Below, piece by piece: positions 28,563 to 41,291 of a stretch of DNA of 64,000 nt. Positions within the stretch are counted from its first letter, which is position 1. Every line of letters begins with the position of its first letter. The DNA comes from Narcine bancroftii. Lineage: Eukaryota. Location: positions 126,108,001-126,172,000 of the forward strand of contig NC_091472.1 of assembly GCF_036971445.1 (NCBI RefSeq), in the 5' to 3' direction. A program made the translations under genes and the position numbers. The notes below the pieces were generated by a model. It searched no databases, was not told where the DNA came from, and saw only the letters and a list, made by a program, of their open reading frames with translations.

Positions 28563-31110
28563 TTTTTTCTTTTTCAGTATTTTTATTAATCATATAAGTA
28601 AACAATACATGAGGAGAATAGAATGTAGAATCGAATAGTAAAAACAGACCTCAATATATTACAACGTATAATACAACATGTAACATTATAACCAATTGAA
28701 TAATATTATCTCTTTCTCTTCAATTTGGAATATAACCTACCAAAATAAGCAAAAATAAATCAGCAAAAAAAAAAAGGCTGGGCAGCCTAAACTGAGATCA
28801 ATACAAACACTTTATCTGGTCCTTCCCAATAATTTTTTAAAAATCAGAAATCGTAAACAGTCTGGAAGGTAAAATTAAAATACAGATGAACTCTTACGAA
28901 AATAATTTATAAAAGGACACCAATTCTCTTCAAACTTAATGGAGGTATCAAAAGTACAACTTCTCATTTTTTTTTTCTAATCTTAAACATGACATGAGAA
29001 AACCATTGCATCAAAGATAAATTAGGATCTTTTCATTTAAATAAAATGGCTCTTCTGGCCAACAGTGCAATAAAGGCTACAACCCGATGAGCAGAAGTGG
29101 GAACTCAATCCATCTTTAGAACTTCTTTTCTTTGGCTTGGCTTCGCGGACGAAGATTTATGGAGGGGGTAAAAGTCCACGTCAGCTGCAGGCTCGATTGT
29201 GGCTGACAAGTCCGATGCGGGACAGGCAGACACGGTTGCAGGGGAAAATTGGTTGGTTGGGGTTGGGTGTTGGGTTTTTCCTCCTTTGTCTTTTGTCAGT
29301 GAGGTGGGCTCTGCGGTCTTCTTCAAAGGAGGTTGCTGCCCGCCGAACTGTGAGGCGCCAAGATATACGGTTTGAGGCGATATCAGCCCACTGGCGGTGG
29401 TCAATGTGGCAGACACCAAGAGATTTCTTTAGGCAGTCCTTGTACCTCTTCTTTGGTGCACCTCTGTCACGGTGGCCAGTGGAGAGCTTGCCATATAACA
29501 CGATCTTGGGAAGGCGATGGTCCTCCATTCTGGAGACGTGACCCACCCAGCGCAGCTGGATCTTCAGCAGCGTGGACTCGATGCTGTCGGCCTCTGCCAT
29601 CTCGAGTACTTCGATGTTAGGGATGAAGTCGCTCCAATTAATTTTGAGGATGGAGCGGAGACGAAGCTGGTGGAAGCGTTCTAGGAGCCGTAGGTGATGC
29701 CGGTAGAGGACCCATGATTCGGAGCCGAACAGGAGTATGGGTATGACAACGGCTCTGTATACGCTAATCTTTGTGAGGTTTTTCAGTAGGTTGTTTTTCC
29801 AGACTCTTTTGTGTAGTCTTCCAAAGGCGCTATTTGCCTTGGAGAGTCTGTTGCCTATCTCGTTGTCGATCCTTGCATCTGATGAAATGGTGCAGCTGAG
29901 ATAGGTAAACTGGTTGACCATTTTGAGTTTTGTGTGCCCGATGGAGATGTGGGGGGGCTGTTAGTCATGGTGGGGAGCTGGCTGATGGAGGACCTCCGTT
30001 TTCTTCAGGCTGACTTCCAGGCCAAACATTTTGGCAGTTTCCGCAAAACAGGACGTCAAGCGCTGAAGAGCAGCAGGTATGGATGGAATCCCCCCAGAGG
30101 TCTGGAAGGCTGGCGGCAAAACTCTGCATGTCAAACTGCATGAGTTTTTCAAGCTTTGTTGGGACCAAGGAAAACTGCCTCAGGACCTTCGTGATGCCAT
30201 CATCATCACCCTGTACAAAAACAAAGGCGAGAAATCAGACTGCTCAAACTACAGGGGAATCATGCTGCTCTCCATTGCAGGCAAAATATTCGCTAGGATT
30301 CTCCTAAATAGAATAATACCTAGTGTCGCCGAGAATATTCTCCCAGAATCACAGTGTGGCTTTCGCGCAAAGAGAGGAACTACTGACATGGTCTTTGCCC
30401 TCAGACAGCTCCAAGAAAAGTGCAGAGAACAAAACAAAGGACTCTACATCACCTTTGTTGACCTCACCAAAGCCTTCGACACCGTGAGCAGGAAAGGGCT
30501 TTGGCAAATACTAGAGCGCATCGGATGCCCCCCAAAGTTCCTCAACATGATTATCCAACTGCACGAAAACCAACAAGGTCGGGTCAGATACAGCAATGAG
30601 CTCTCTGAACCCTTCTCCATTAATAATGGCGTGAAGCAAGGCTGTATTCTCGCACCAACCCTCTTTTCAGTCTTCTTCAGCATGATGCTGAACCAAGCCA
30701 TGAAAGACCTCAACAATGAAGACGCTGTTTACATCCGGTTCTGCACGGATGGCAGTCTCTTCAATCTGAGGCCCCTGCAAGCTCACACCAAGACACAAGA
30801 GAAACTTGTCTGTGAACTACTACTATCTTTAGAACTATAATTCCAAAAATAGCAGTCAATGGATTAGGTTGCAATATAATGCCCAGTATAATTCACTAAG
30901 TTTTGAAAATATCAGAACAATACCTCTCCAATGCAGAGCAAGACCAAAACATGTGCATTAGTGTGGCCACTTGTGTTCTACATCTATCACACATAGGACT
31001 AACATTAGGAAAGATGTGGGCCAATTTATCTTTCAACATAAGAACCCAATGTACCTCTTTAAACTGAATCGATGCATGTCGAGGACATAATGAAGATGAC
31101 CAAGGAAGTT
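28563..31110 (-). mobile_element. L1-type LINE 3' part hosting the inverted RTE copy
   Basis: Minus strand: IQFKEVH...KDKLAHIFPNVSPMCDRC....ATLMHMFWSC (L1 C-terminal zinc finger); T-rich tail at the left end. Confidence 0.8.
29124..30824 (-). mobile_element. RTE-clade LINE copy 2 with 5' inversion and 12-bp TSD
   Basis: 29124-30071 is the RTE 3' part on the minus strand; 30072-30821 is the upstream RT part on the plus strand (253-aa ORF, NYRGI.LLS..GKIFARILL, QCGFR, DLTKAFD, GVKQGCIL). TSD atctttagaact at 29112-29123 and 30825-30836. Confidence 0.93.
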
Positions 31111-31749
31111 GTGGGAATGTGGTTACAGTCAGATCAAAAATAGTCATGATGGTGGAGCAGTGTTGAGGTCAGTTGGCATACTCATGATTTGTTTGTCTAA
31201 TGGTCGACCTTCACTTCCAAGCCAATTTTCTGTCCATATTGTTTCACTGGTGATTATGTACTTTCCATGTCAACATACACCAGCATGCATCAAGACCTCG
31301 TGAACATTCCAAGCCAGAACTAATGTTTACTTTGTCATTATCTGCCAATTCTTTTATCTCCAATGAGAGAGAACCATCCCGCCTTCATTGAGGATCTCCA
31401 GCCAACATTCTGGAGGGCACCACTCACTAGGTGTTCAGCAAAGGGATCTCCAGGAATGCTGTGGCCTTTGCCACTGGTCTGCAGTGAGTGACTCACCTTG
31501 AGACTCCTCAGTCCTCCAGAAGACACTTGTATGGAAATTTCTGGAATGATTTTGGTCTGGATTACTGCATTTCAAAACTTGTTAACCACAAAATTATCAC
31601 TTAACCTACTGACCCAAACCTGTGGCTAGAGTATGTTTGCACCAACTTGATAATTTTTATGTTCCTTGTATTTATTCTCAAGCATTTTGAGGGTACTCTG
31701 ATCCTTTTTTGTGATCCATTTTAATATTCAATTTATCTCTTCTCGATAG

Positions 31750-31911
<162 letters not shown>

Positions 31912-32557
31912 TAATCGAGCATGAAAAATTCAAGCAAAGTTCTGGATCTTGTCGGGTATCTCTAGAAATGGGACTAGTTTCATGTATTCCAGCCTACCTA
32001 ACCACCCCAACCCTACCACCAAACCTTGCACTGAATTCCAACTTGAAAGTGGGAGTGTTTTAATTCTGATGATTTGTAGCCTTTTTATTTCAGAATACTT
32101 TAAAGTAACCATGTGTTTAAAGCATTGAGCTTAATAGTCTTTTGATCCTGGTCATTTCTGTCACTAATCTCAGCGAATAACAAAACGATGTTTCAGAACA
32201 TTGTTCACTATAACTACCAGCTCCCTTTCAAATGTTTCTGAGCATTTCAGCACAGTTTCTGTACTTTTGGATAAAAATCTTCACTAATCTCTGGGTTGAA
32301 TCCATGCATTACATCAGCCCAGAGTGTAATATAGTGACTTTTGTTTCAGTTTTCAAGCACTTAGTTGCTCAAAAAGACCCTTGTAACAGTTTGTTCTCTT
32401 TGACAAGTGAAAATCTCATTATATTATTACCTTCTCTTTCCAATCTAAATTATTTTTTCTAATAGTTGAGTTCATAGTAATCGAGATTTTCTTTGAACAA
32501 AAAAGTGATATTGGATATGAGCAAAACCTCAAGTCGTTGGAAATTTAATTTTAATAA

Positions 32558-32805
32558 AGGGCAGCACAGTTAGCGTAGCAGATAACATAACACCTCTACA
32601 GCACTGGTGAATGGGGCCAGGGTTCCAATCCCGTGCTGTCTCAGGAGTTTGTACCTTCTCCCCATGTCTGCGTGGGTTTTCCTAGGTGCTCTAATTTCCT
32701 CCCACCCTACAAAACCGAGCAGGCGGGGGTTGTAGTGAATTGGGTGGCACATGTTCATGGGTCGAAAGGGCCTGTTATAGTACTGTATGTCTACATTTAA
32801 ATTTA
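32558..32805 (+). mobile_element. V-SINE
   Basis: ggggcagcacagttagcgtagc head, gggttccaatcc, ggagtttgtaccttctccccatgtctgcgtgggttttcct. Confidence 0.8.
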
Positions 32806-33152
32806 ATTGAGACAGCCATAATTTCACAAAAAAACTTGGTCATGATGTGAGATGCTTTACTTCCGAATTCTATTGGAAGTCCAGGAATTGATAAGTAACT
32901 TCCCTAGTCCAGCTTTCTTTCCAAAATTAAGATTGTGATGTGCTGTGGGGGCCACACAGTAGAATCCCCATTATCCGGAATTCAATCAAACGGAAACTCA
33001 AACAGCCAGCAAAAATTACCCAGAGGAAATGAATAACATTTCAAATCAATAAGGTTGGGCGGATGCTGACTTCGTTGGACACGCACAGGTTTGCCCTGCT
33101 GAACTCGCAATGTCCCTCAATGCACGTGGATTCTTTTCACCATAGCCACTTG

Positions 33153-33350
33153 CGAGGAAGCGAGTCGGGTTGATATTCTGAGGAAGGAGCGTCGAGCAGC
33201 TGACCAGGACATTTGGGTGGAGGTGAGTCAGATTGTCAGCACGAGGAAGGTGCGCTGAGGGCCTGACTGGAACACTTGTGTGGAGGTGAGTCAGGTTATG
33301 AGCGCGAGGAAGGTAGAAGAGTATACCTAGGGCCTGACCAGGATACTTGA
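33153..33350. repeat. Degenerate ~62-bp tandem repeat, about 2.5-3 units
   Basis: gaggaagg at 33180, 33243 and 33305; gtggaggtgagtcag twice; ctgac..g.ac.ttg recurring. Confidence 0.65.
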
Positions 33351-33460
33351 CTCGGAGCCAGCGGAAATGCTGTGCCCAGGATGAAGAGCCAGTTGTTGCT
33401 GCTAGGGTAACTCTCCCAAGGTGTCTTTCTATCCCTGCCCGGTAAGAGTCTTTATTAGTA

Positions 33461-33801
33461 CAGGTATACAATCTTTTATCTGGACATCAAAAATCTGGAA
33501 AATTCCAAAAACTGGCATTTTTTTTCTGGTGCTGGGAGGGATAAACGGCAGTGTGACTCGGGTGGGCAAGGGGGGAGAGAGACAGTAGTGTGACTCGGGT
33601 GGGTGGGGGGAGGAGAGAGAGAGAGAGAGACGGCAGCGTGACTGGAAGGGGGTGGATACGGCAGCACAATTCGGGTGGATTTAAATCTGGGACAGCTGGC
33701 TCCTGTTATGAAATCTGGAAAAATCCGAAATTCAGAACACACTGTATACCCACCCCTCCCCCCCCCCCCAAAAGGGTTCCGGATAAAGGATTGTGTACCT
33801 G
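33461..33801 (-). mobile_element. Tc1/mariner MITE, copy 2 (opposite orientation to copy 1)
   Basis: TIRs caggtatacaatcttttatc / gataaaggattgtgtacctg flanked by TA; the interior is the reverse complement homolog of 18071-18391. Confidence 0.9.
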
Positions 33802-33837
33802 TATTAGTAAAGCTTTGTCTGTTAACTTGGGGGAGGG

Positions 33838-34054
33838 TTGAAGTGCCAGTTGATGAAGTAGACGGATGATGTGGTCAAACAATAATCATGGCTTTTATTA
33901 GCAGAAGCTCATGGTACAATAATGAAAGACAATAGGTGCATACACAGTTATACCCAAGGGGAGTGTCCTTAACAGTAGAGATAATGCACAGCCAATGTTA
34001 GTACAGCAAGGCTCACCAGAGGGGAGACAGGCAGCTTGGCAGACATTCACCACA
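33838..34054 (-). repeat. 3' LTR of Gypsy 1 (217 bp)
   Basis: Direct repeat of 37575-37793; about 10 substitutions and one 2-bp indel by eye. Confidence 0.95.
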
Positions 34055-37000
34055 GTCTTCCCCCTGGCAGAAGAAGGGTTAAAATCAAAAGGACAGCTGC
34101 TCGGAAAGACTGAAGCAAATGATACATGGATACCATGTTTGACATTGAGAATACTCAATTGAAACAGCCAAAATATGCCAGTATCTAGCAAGCAATCGAA
34201 ATATAATGAGATGTTTTATGAATATGTCAGCCTATCAGGTTGTTTACGAATTCTGGTGCTTCTTCTCAAAACAGGTGGCTCCTTTGCAACTTTGGGAACT
34301 GGTACAGTTCCTGGGTCTGCAGTGTGGGAAGGACTGACTTCTGGACCCGCTCCAGAATCGCCAGCGTGAGGCAGTGGAGCCTCAGCATGGCCATCTGAAA
34401 GCTTACTGGGGGTTACAGGCTGGGGCGGGTGAGCCCAATCTCTCAGGCTCACTCTTGAGTAGGAGTGTGAGGAAGGGGCAAACCAGGCAAAGCCAGATCT
34501 CTTAGGGATACAGTGTCAGTACTCTCGCCTGTGAATTTAACATGAGCATAGTTGGGTTTGGTATGCAGTAGCTGAACTGGTTGGACTAGGGGGTCTGTTT
34601 TGTGCACACGAGCATGGCTCTTCAGCAGCACGATTCCAGGCTCAGATAAACAGGCTGGCCAGTCCATCACAGTTCCTGATTTCCCAGGAAAGCCAAACGT
34701 ACGTACATGAGGTGTTTGATTTGTTGTACACAATAATGACCGAATAGAATCTACAGGCAGCTCCTGCCACCGGGTAACGGGGTAACCATGTGCTTTTAAA
34801 GCAAGATTAACTGTCTTCCAGACTGTAGCATTAGCCCTTTCGACCTGCCCATTGCCCTGCGGGTTGTTGCTCGTGGTATGGCTGGTGGCAATCCCCTTCC
34901 ATGGCAGGGCTCGCCACAGTACGGCGTTCATGAATACTGAGCCTCTATCGGTATGAATGTAATTGGGAAACCAAAAATGATGAAAATTCTGTCAAGTGAC
35001 TTAATGACAAACGCTGACAAGACGTCAGGGCAGGGTATCACAAAGGGAAACCTGGAATATTCGTCAATTGTAGTAAGGAAATATAAATTTTTGTTGTTGG
35101 AAGGTAACGGTCCTTTAAAATCTACGCTAATCCTCTCAAAAGGTTGGGTTGCCTTGATGAGAGTGGCCTCTGGAGCTTTGAAGTATTGCGGTTTGCATTC
35201 TGCGCAAACGGGACAGCTTCCAGTCAGTTTCCTGACTTCTTCCAGAGAGTAAGGAAGGTTGTTAGTCCTTATGTAGTGGAAGAATCTCGTGACTCCTGAG
35301 TGGCAGTCTGCTATGGATCTCTTTTAGCCCCTCCAGCTGAGCGCCAGCAGCAGATCGTGACAGTGCGTCAGAGGGATCATTTAACCTGCCCGGTCTGTAC
35401 TGGATCTCATAATTATAAGTTGAGAGTTCTATTCACCAGCGTGCCATCTTATCATTCTTGATTTTACTTTAGTGTTTAGTACTGAACATGTAGGCTACAG
35501 ATTTCTGATCAGTGACAAAAGTAAATTTTCTGCCGGCTAGAAAGCGTCTCCAATAGCGAACAGCTTCAATAATAGCCTGGGCTTCTTTTTCAATGGTAGG
35601 ATGTTTAAGTTCAGGTCCGCGTAACATGTGGGAGAAGAATCCCACAGGTCTGCCCTTTTAAGGGTTCCTGCCAAGGCACAATCTGAGGCGTTTCCACTTG
35701 GAATGGGACATTCTCGTCAATGGAGGAGAGTGCAGCTTTGGCAATATCCGCTTTAATTCTCTCGAAAGCCTTCAAGGCCATTGGAGAGAGAGGAAAATAT
35801 TTAGTGTCAAACAGAGGGGGTGCCTTTGTGGCATAGTCCGAACCCATTTACAGTAGTAGGGAAAGAATCCCATACACCGTTTAAGGGCTTTTGCTGAGTC
35901 TGGGGATGGTAACTTCTTAAGGGGGGCCATTCTCTCTGGGTCGAGGCGGATTTCGCCCTTGCGGACAATGTAGCCCAGAATGGGTAACTCTGTCACATTG
36001 ATCACACATTTGCCCTTTTTAAATGTAAGGTTGAGTTCTTTAGCTGTTGCTAAAAATTTCTGTTGTTGTCGTGCTCAGCCTGTGTTTTTCCACAGATAGG
36101 GTCATTATCCAGATAGGGAAACGTACCCTGAAACTCATACGTCCTAACAATCTTATCCATTTCCCTCTGAAACATGGACACACCATTAATGACCCCAAAA
36201 GGTACCCTTTTAAACTGGTATAACCCTCCATCAGCCTCAAAAGCCATATAGGGCCATTCTCTTTTCTTAATGGGGATTTGGTGATAAGCTGCTTTGAGGT
36301 CGATATTGCAATACAAAGTGTACTCCACTATCTGATTAATCATTTCATTGATGCGTGGCAGGGGTTAGAGATCCAGGTTAGTGTAACAGTTGATTCTCTG
36401 GCTGTTGTTAATAGCCATTCGTCTCTTTGTGTGATTTTTTTTTTTCACAACTACCACTTGGGCCCGCCATGGACTCTTACTAGGTTCAATTACTCCCTCT
36501 TTAAGCAGTCTCTAGATCTCTGCTTTGATAAACTCATGAGTGGCAATCAGCTGACACTCCAGGGGATAAATCACTGAAAAAGGAAGGAGCTTTGATCTTT
36601 AATGCGGACAGACTGCAGTAACTAGCGCCGGGGATGGTAAGTGTGGGTAGTGGCCCACTGAAATATAACACTACACTGTTCATCTGAGATTGAATATCTA
36701 ATCCCAGTAACACAGGGGCGCAGAGCTCTGGCATAATAAAGAACCACTCATCAGCAAGGCAATGTCCCTGCAAATTTAAAGTAACTTTAAACTTGTCCCA
36801 TGCAGTTTTTGTAAGTTCACTATAAGCCATCGATATCTTTCGGTTCGCTGGATATCTCTGCAAATTTAGACTCCCCGAGTCTATTAGACAATCAAGAGTC
36901 TCACCATTCACCTCCCCCTTCATAGTCGACCGTTTCAGTCCGTAGCATCCCCCAAGGTTTACAGTCAATTGAGCTATCACAGGGAATCTCACCTTGCCGT

Positions 37001-37574
37001 CACTTGAAGTCGAATAAGCCTGCCTGTCTGAAGATTCCCCCTTTTCACAGTTGTCTTCAAATCCTGCAGCTCCAGGACGCATTTTCTTGGTGCTTCTCTT
37101 CTTATCAGTGGGAGTACTTTTCGCCATACACCCTTTAGCGAAATGGCCGAGTTTCCCACAATAGCTGCAGGTAGCAAATCGAGCCAGGCACTTCTGTCTG
37201 GGGTGCCAACTCTTATCACAGAAGTAGCATTTTTCAGGTGTTTGCAGAGGCAGAATCACTTTCCCCGGGTTTCTGGCGTCTAGTCAGCAACTGGTGTCTA
37301 GCAAGCACCACATTCCGTGGCATTGCATAGTAATCAGTCAGACGTTCCTGGGCTATAGCCAGAGTAGTAGCTCCTTGCATTACGGAGAAAGGGACCTCAC
37401 CCAGCAGAGAGTTCAGGTGGCCCCAGTGTATCGCCTCATCAACCACATTGTTTCGAGCCAAGTAGTAATCGAAACAAGCAATCCAGTGGTTGAAAATTTC
37501 TCTGGCCCTCGGGGCAGACTGGTCAATTATCACCCGCTCTGGCCTGAATGCTGCATCCATTTCTGCTAATAAAA

Positions 37575-37793
37575 TTGAAGTGCCAGTTGATGAAGTCGAC
37601 CAAGACGATGTGGTCAAACAATTATCATGGCTTTTATTAGCAGAAACTCATGGTACAATAATGAAAGACAATAGATGCATATACAGTTATATCCAAGGGG
37701 AGTGTCCTTAACAGTAGAGATAATGCACAGCCAATGTTAGTAGAGCAAGGCTCGCCAGAGGGGAGACAGGCAGCTTGGCAGACATTCACCACA
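37575..37793 (-). repeat. 5' LTR of Gypsy 1 (219 bp)
   Basis: Minus strand TGTGGTG...CTTCAA; contains TATA-like gatataac and AATAAA. Confidence 0.95.
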
Positions 37794-38319
37794 AGGGGGT
37801 TAATTATGATAACAGCAACACTTAGCACAGCAGTTTGCACAATGCTCTTCCAGTGCCAGTGACCAGGGATCAAATTTAAATTTGATTAGTTATAGTAATA
37901 GCCTGATTCGACTGAATGTTACATATTTAAAGGCTGCAATACAGATTTTTTTCAAATGATTTTAAATTACACTGTCTTTCGTCTTTTAAACAGTGTATTT
38001 TTTTACATTTACAAGTTTCTCCCTACATGTAATCGTAGTTGGATACAAAATACATAATAATGAGAAATTAATATCAAATCCATTACATGATGGTTAGCAG
38101 GAGTGGCCACTTGTGTTCATGGAAGATCTGCCCTAGGCCTTGCTGGCTCTTCTGTGCCAAAAATGTATTTAGTTCCACTTTAGCAACTGAAAGTTCAAGA
38201 ACACTTTCTTTCCAATGGCTATTGGGCCCTTGTTGCACTAATCATAGACACCACAAAGGACTGTCTGAACTATTGTAATGTCACTTTTTTGCAGTGATAA
38301 CAGCATTGATCAATCTTTT

Positions 38320-39300
38320 GCATTTATTATCTTTTTACCTCAGCGGTTCCCAACACCATTGTTGAGAGAAAGCAACAGTCTGTCTTAGGTCACCCACACA
38401 CTCAATCCCCTGGGTTCCTTGATCTGACTCCAGCTGTTTTGTGTGGTGCTACCACAGTCAATGCCCTCTGTTATGCGATGGATGCGATGAGAGAATAAGC
38501 CTTGCACTCTGACTTGATCAACCAGTTTCTCCACAAACTGACTACTGCTGCACAAAGCTGCCTTGCAACGTTTGGCTTCCCAAGTCTTGGTGCAGGCAAA
38601 GCCTGAAGATGACAATTCACCATCTCCCTCGGTGTGTCAGCATTGTCCCTGGTCAATTCAGCAAGAGGGAATTTGAAGATCAGGATCTCAGACCTGGCAT
38701 AAACCTCGTGATATAGCAGGCAGCAGTACTCCCTCTTCTTGATTTCACCAGGGCATCAAAGGTTATTGTGAGAAGGCCAAGCATTGGGGCTGAGTTGGAA
38801 AAAGTATCAGCTCATGATTAAATGTCAGGGCAGACTCTGTGTAGCCTATTTCTGCTTCTATGTCTTGTCTTATATATACTTCTGAGACCTAGCCTACCAA
38901 CAGAGGACATTTGAAAGATACCACTGATCTCCACATTATCCTCCAAGTTCACTATTAGGTCAAGGAAACCAACATTGGGGTCATGTCGCAGGCCAATATC
39001 CCAGAACTTGATGACATGGTTGCTTCCATTTATGAGGATTCAAGTTATTTGCATCTCTCCCACCAGTCTCCCAGAACAGGCACTCAATTTCAAGCTCACA
39101 AGGAAAAGATTCAAGGATTCACTCAAAAAGCCATTTTGAGCAAGTGTAATACCCACTGACCTTTGGCAATCACAATCTTAGGATGAATTAAAGCAGCAAA
39201 GGAGCAGAAGTGATGGTATTGATAACTTTGAGTCCATGCATCTAGCGCAGGCAGAGCACTGTGTAAATGGCAGGTGACACCATCTTCCAAATTAAACATT
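38320..39300. mobile_element. Old RTE-like and CR1 3'-end fragments
   Basis: Weak motifs only (aaaagattcaaggattcactcaaa resembles RTE KRFKDSLK; CR1-like tail at 38720-38870). Confidence 0.35.
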
Positions 39301-39939
39301 GCTGCAGTGCACCTCACCAGTATGGAGCAAATTGATGCTCCTGTGGGTTGTTGTGATTATAGATTGGGTGCCTATCAAACAAGCCATTATTGTCTGCAGA
39401 AACAGATTTTCAAAGTTTTACAGTGTGCATAATTCATCCCGACTATTACTATAATGGTTTAATGTAATCCAGGCTGATTAAACCTGAAGGTTGTCTTTGC
39501 TTTCTTTCCATTTAAAAATAACCGAAAACCAATTGGTGGATACAAAGCAGCACCAAGTAATCTGGGCAGGTAACAAGTGCATTGGTTGAAGATTGGGGGA
39601 GAAATTGGACAAGCTCAGCAAGCCCTCACACTTTTTCCATACTTCATCAAATTCTTTGTTCATATTTCCATTTGACCTGCATCAGTAAAGAAGGCATTTG
39701 ATTGCTGCAAAACAAAAATATGCTAGAAATAATCAAAAGATCAGACTGCACCAACGAGAAACTGACTGAAGATTTCAATTTGCTCCTGTCTTGGAGCTGT
39801 GGTAACTTGGAATTTTCTAATTCTTCAACATGTCTTGCAAAGGAACTCTTACTATCCAATTAGTGTATGTTATTTGCAAATTTTAATGATATGACATTAA
39901 AAAAAGAATAAAATTAACTTTAGAGTAAGAATTTTTAGA

Positions 39940-40630
39940 ATCAGAATTTATTGTCATGAACATGTCACAAAATTTCATGTTTTTAAGCAGATTATAGTGC
40001 AAATATTGCTATAAAATTGCATTATAGACAAATAAATTATACAAAAAATAAGAGAATGTGAGATTCATTGTCCATTCAGAAATCTGATGGCAGACAGAAG
40101 AAGCTACCCTTGTGCCGCTGTGTGCTCGACTTCAGGCTCCTGTACCTCCTTCCTGATGGTTGCAATCTGAAGGGGGCATGGCCTGGATGTTGAAGGTCCT
40201 TAAAGATGGAGGCTGCTTTCTTAAGACACCACCTCTTGTAGATGTCCTTGATGGAGTGGAGACTGGTGCCTGTGATGTCGCAGGCCGAGTTAACAAGTCT
40301 CGAGTTTTTCTCCTGTCCTGTGCATTGGCTCCTCTGCACCAGACAGTGATGTAATCAGTCAGAATGCTCTCCATGGTATGCCTGTAGAAGTATACAAGAG
40401 TCTTTGGTGACATACCAAATCTCAAGCTCATCACAAAGTATAGCTACTGGTGAGCCTTCTTCGTGATTGCATCGGCGTGGGGGCCACTGCTGACCACTTG
40501 AGGACTGGTTCATCTTCTCCAAATTTTCCTTTCCTGAAGTCCACAATCAGCTCAACAAGCTGATCTATCTCCCTATTGTACGTTTCATCATCTGTGATTC
40601 TGCCGACAACAGTGTTATCATCGGCAAAGT
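39940..40630 (-). mobile_element. Rex1/Babar-like LINE 3' part
   Basis: FYRHTMESILTDYITVW and CLKKAASIFKDLQHPGHAPFRLQPSGRRYRSLKS. Confidence 0.8.
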
Positions 40631-40991
40631 ACTGAAAGATGTGTCAGTCCTGGTCCACTTGCTCTCCTCTCTCCCTTGTATTCTGCAGTACCTCTTGACC
40701 CTGCTGCATTAACTGATTGTTCAAACGAAGTTAAATGCAAACTGTGTAAAACTGAAATGAGCACAATATTTCTGCTATGGCCATTGTTTGGCCCTTTTGG
40801 AATAAAAAATGGACTAAAAGATCCACATGCAGCTTGGGAGTTTTCAAACTCTTCCTTTAAGCATATGTTGAAGGGATGTTATTGGTCAAAAAAATGAATT
40901 TCATTGATGGGCTGCCAGCAGCACAGATACCTGTGGCATTTTGCATAAATGTACTTTGAGACATCGTGGAGAAAAACTGAGTGCATTCTAA

Positions 40992-41291
<300 letters not shown>

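Larger units (their letters stand above)
33838..37793 (-). mobile_element. Gypsy LTR retrotransposon 1, two LTRs, decayed gag-pol
   Basis: LTRs 37575-37793 and 33838-34054; TSD aggg; PPT agggggaag before the 3' LTR. Gag starts MDAAFRPER with two CCHC-like knuckles; protease LIDSG; RT IDLKAAYHQIP...PFG...YLDN; RNase H IEKEAQAIIEAVRYW; integrase DEYSRFPF and GNGQVER. Confidence 0.95.

Noticed and set aside
30079-30840. 253-aa RT ORF as a domesticated or novel RT gene
   Set aside because: It is the inverted half of a truncated RTE insertion and lacks the catalytic FADD motif.
32957-33050. Tigger-like terminus cagtagaatccccattatccgg
   Set aside because: No matching second TIR or TA duplication found, so it was not called as a feature.
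33153-33350. CRISPR-like array
   Set aside because: The units are degenerate along their whole length with no repeat-spacer structure, and the context is eukaryotic.
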